A stretch of DNA of 62,941 nt, filler included, from Chiloscyllium plagiosum (Eukaryota): the NCBI RefSeq assembly GCF_004010195.1. It is 3 parts of one record of this genome, joined end to end, with 100 filler letters (N's around TTAATTAATTAA, not from the genome) between each part and the next. Parts side by side here need not be neighbours in the genome. Positions count along the whole stretch, not along the records: positions 38,224 to 62,941 come from NC_057717.1; 2 more parts are not named here. The stretch is one strand, 5' to 3'. A program made the position numbers and the translations under genes. This document shows, piece after piece, positions 60,465-62,941 of this stretch. Below the pieces are notes generated by a model, which worked only from the letters and a program-made list of their open reading frames with translations, ran no database searches and had not been told where the DNA came from. The first letter of the stretch is position 1, and the number at the start of each line of letters is the position of its first letter.

Positions 60465-62941
60465 AGCTGCCCTCTGGGAAATTAGCTGTGAGGCAAAGAA
60501 TGCTGACTCAATCAGTGACATCCTTATCGAATGAATACATAAAAAATACATGTCCCTCCCTACCACTGCAATCCCCTCCAGCGCAGCAATCCGTACTGGC
60601 TTTGTAACACCGTTCAGGCCCTTGCCCCTCTCTGTAACACTCTCACCACCTCCAGCACCTTCACCTCTCCCTGTTCCTATCATCTGATTAAACCCTGACA
60701 ATGTTTCCCCTTCCTACTGCACTCCTCGTGCTAGTAGACCCATAGCGATCCCTTTAACAAATACTTCCATATTTCTAAAGCATTGGCTTCTTCAGAATTG
60801 TTGGGTTTTTTTTGTCTTCTGCGCATTGCTTAATGAAGTCTGGTATAAATCCTGGGAATTCCTGAGCTAAGACTGTCCAAAGTGGGGGAGAAGCATTGGG
60901 ACGGCGTCGAGCAGCTGGACACTTGATGTGGGGAAAAAGGGGAATCCAGGAGAAAACAGCACAAGGAGCGTGCAGTCACACCAACGTCCCACCCATCCCC
61001 ATCCCACCCACCTTCTGCCCCAAGTGTGGAAGGCCACATCGGTCTGTACAGCCAACCACAAACTCCCCTGAGAGTGGGAGAGAGTCAGCCTCGTTTGTGA
61101 CCCACCGCCAATGAGATGGTGAGATAGGGAAGTTGAATCCCCTTTCAGTTGTCCGACTGTCTTTGTTATAAATTCCAATAGTTCCCTGTCCAATGCCATG
61201 CCTCACAATGTAATGCTGTAATGGGGCCTTAACATTGCCCTTCACCTTCTGTGTTCTGACTCTTATTACCCAGAATTTGGTTTCCTAATGATTGATAATC
61301 TGAGGCCACATATAATCCCATTGTTATCCCTAACGATGAGAGTTCCCAATTCTCCTTCCCACTCTGCCTGACTTTCCACAATGTTGTGTAGCCATGAATA
61401 TTAATGCCCCACCTTTTGTTCACCCCTGTGACCACGTCTCCCTGATGGTGATTAGATAGAAATCACAGTCACACCAGCATATCCCTTATTACAAATGCTT
61501 CGTGCATTCAAATTACGAAATAGTAATTTACTTTTGAAATCACAAATTCCTGTCACAAACCTATCTGCTGATGTATAGTTTTAGTTAAACTTAGTCTCTT
61601 CCTGTTTCTTCCTGTTTTTCCTCGGCCACAGCCCCATGTTTCAATATTTGAACATTTCTCTATGGAATTGGGAATTTCCTTTCAGCTGAGCCCTGTCCCT
61701 CCTTGTCTGTGTCAGTTTAAAGCACTCTACATTGTCCTGGTCATATGATTGACCAGGACACAGACTGGTCCCAGCACTGAACCATCTCAGTAAAATAGCT
61801 GACTCCTCCCTGAGTACTGGTAGCAGTGCCCACTGCATCAGACCCACTTCTTCTGACACTATGGTTTGATCCTGAAATCTCTGGTGATATCACTCAGTCT
61901 CTCTCCATTTAGTACCCCTCACTGTGTAGGTCTAATTCCTGCTTCTGTCAGCGTCTCTCACTCCTACAGCTACTCCAGATCCTGAGCCAAATGAATCCTC
62001 GATCCGCAACAGTACAGACCAGGGATGGAGACTGGGATTTTTGTGATCTCTGCTGGACTCAGTGCTACTCTACATGAGTTATCCTCACTGCATCGGTCTA
62101 ATTTCCCATTCTGTCTATTTATGTCTCATGCAGGTAATCAGGATGTTTCTAACTCCTGTCTCATCCATCACCTCATTGAAGACGCTTGGTTAGCCAGAGA
62201 GAGATGGAGAGGGAGATCTGGGGCCTTCAGTAAATCCTGCAGCCGGTAAGATCAATCATAGTAAACAGCACAGGGAGGAGTTAGTGGCCTTCTTTATTCA
62301 GGCCTGGAACACAGGACATAGCTATAATGCTGGGCAAGGAACAGCAACATTCTAGGCTTCATTCCGACCATCTTGTGAGGGCTCTGCTGTCACGTCTGCT
62401 GTACTGGAACTCCCTGAGACTGCACAGGAGGTCCCAGGCATCACTCTTGGCACATACTCTATTAGTGATCTCTGTAATATACTACAGTCCCGATAATCCT
62501 TCCTCTATTTGGAATCTCCTCTAGTCCACACAATGCTGTCTGTCTCTGTCAGGTTCTCCAATCCCTGACACCCTAATCCCTAAACCTCTCCAGTAGATAC
62601 TAAATTCCTTCATCCCTGTAATTGCCGAGCCCTGTCTACCCCTGTAAGCTCCTCCTACCAATGCCACCCTCCATGTAAATGTGTTTTATCTCTAACCTCT
62701 CCATCCATCCCTATCTGGGTAAACTTCTCCAGCTCTTACAACCCTTCCTTACCTGTGAAAAAAATCGTAACCTCCTTTTTGTTCTATTAATCTTCGATCT
62801 TAATCTATTTAAACTTCACCCTCTCCCCACCAACCCTCCTGACCACAGGAACCTCTTTCATTTTGTGCAACCCTCCCCATTTGTGTAACTGTCTCCAGCC
62901 CAGTAACCTGGCATTCTCCATTGCCTTCCTATCTGTGCAGC
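60465..62941. repeat. Right arm of the inverted duplication (runs off the window)
   Basis: Reverse complement of 54420-57391, minus a ~510-bp block present only in the left arm. Confidence 0.95.

Overview
Repeat-dominated vertebrate genomic DNA, inferred to be from a shark because of the many HE1-type V-SINEs and HER1/CR1 LINEs. The window is not one locus: two identical 100-bp spacers (44 N + TTAATTAATTAA + 44 N, at 22961-23060 and 38124-38223) join three separate scaffolds. The only convincing host coding sequence is exon 1 of a GPR139/GPR142-like GPCR (minus strand, 1591-1372) with a 42-bp repeat in its N-terminus. Also present: two decayed, convergent C2H2 zinc-finger pseudogenes; the 3' half of an old class I endogenous retrovirus (integrase remnants, env with immunosuppressive domain and CX6CC, PPT, 3' LTR); a solo LTR with a 4-bp TSD; an internally deleted L1-clade LINE; Penelope-like elements with minimal hammerhead ribozyme motifs; Harbinger-type Myb/SANT remnants; minisatellites; and a module (GA-rich satellite, orphan exon-like cassette, old CR1) present in several paralogous copies, including a >2.4-kb inverted duplication. 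I see no intact novel multi-gene system. Repeat boundaries are approximate, and family names are recognised by eye rather than by database search.
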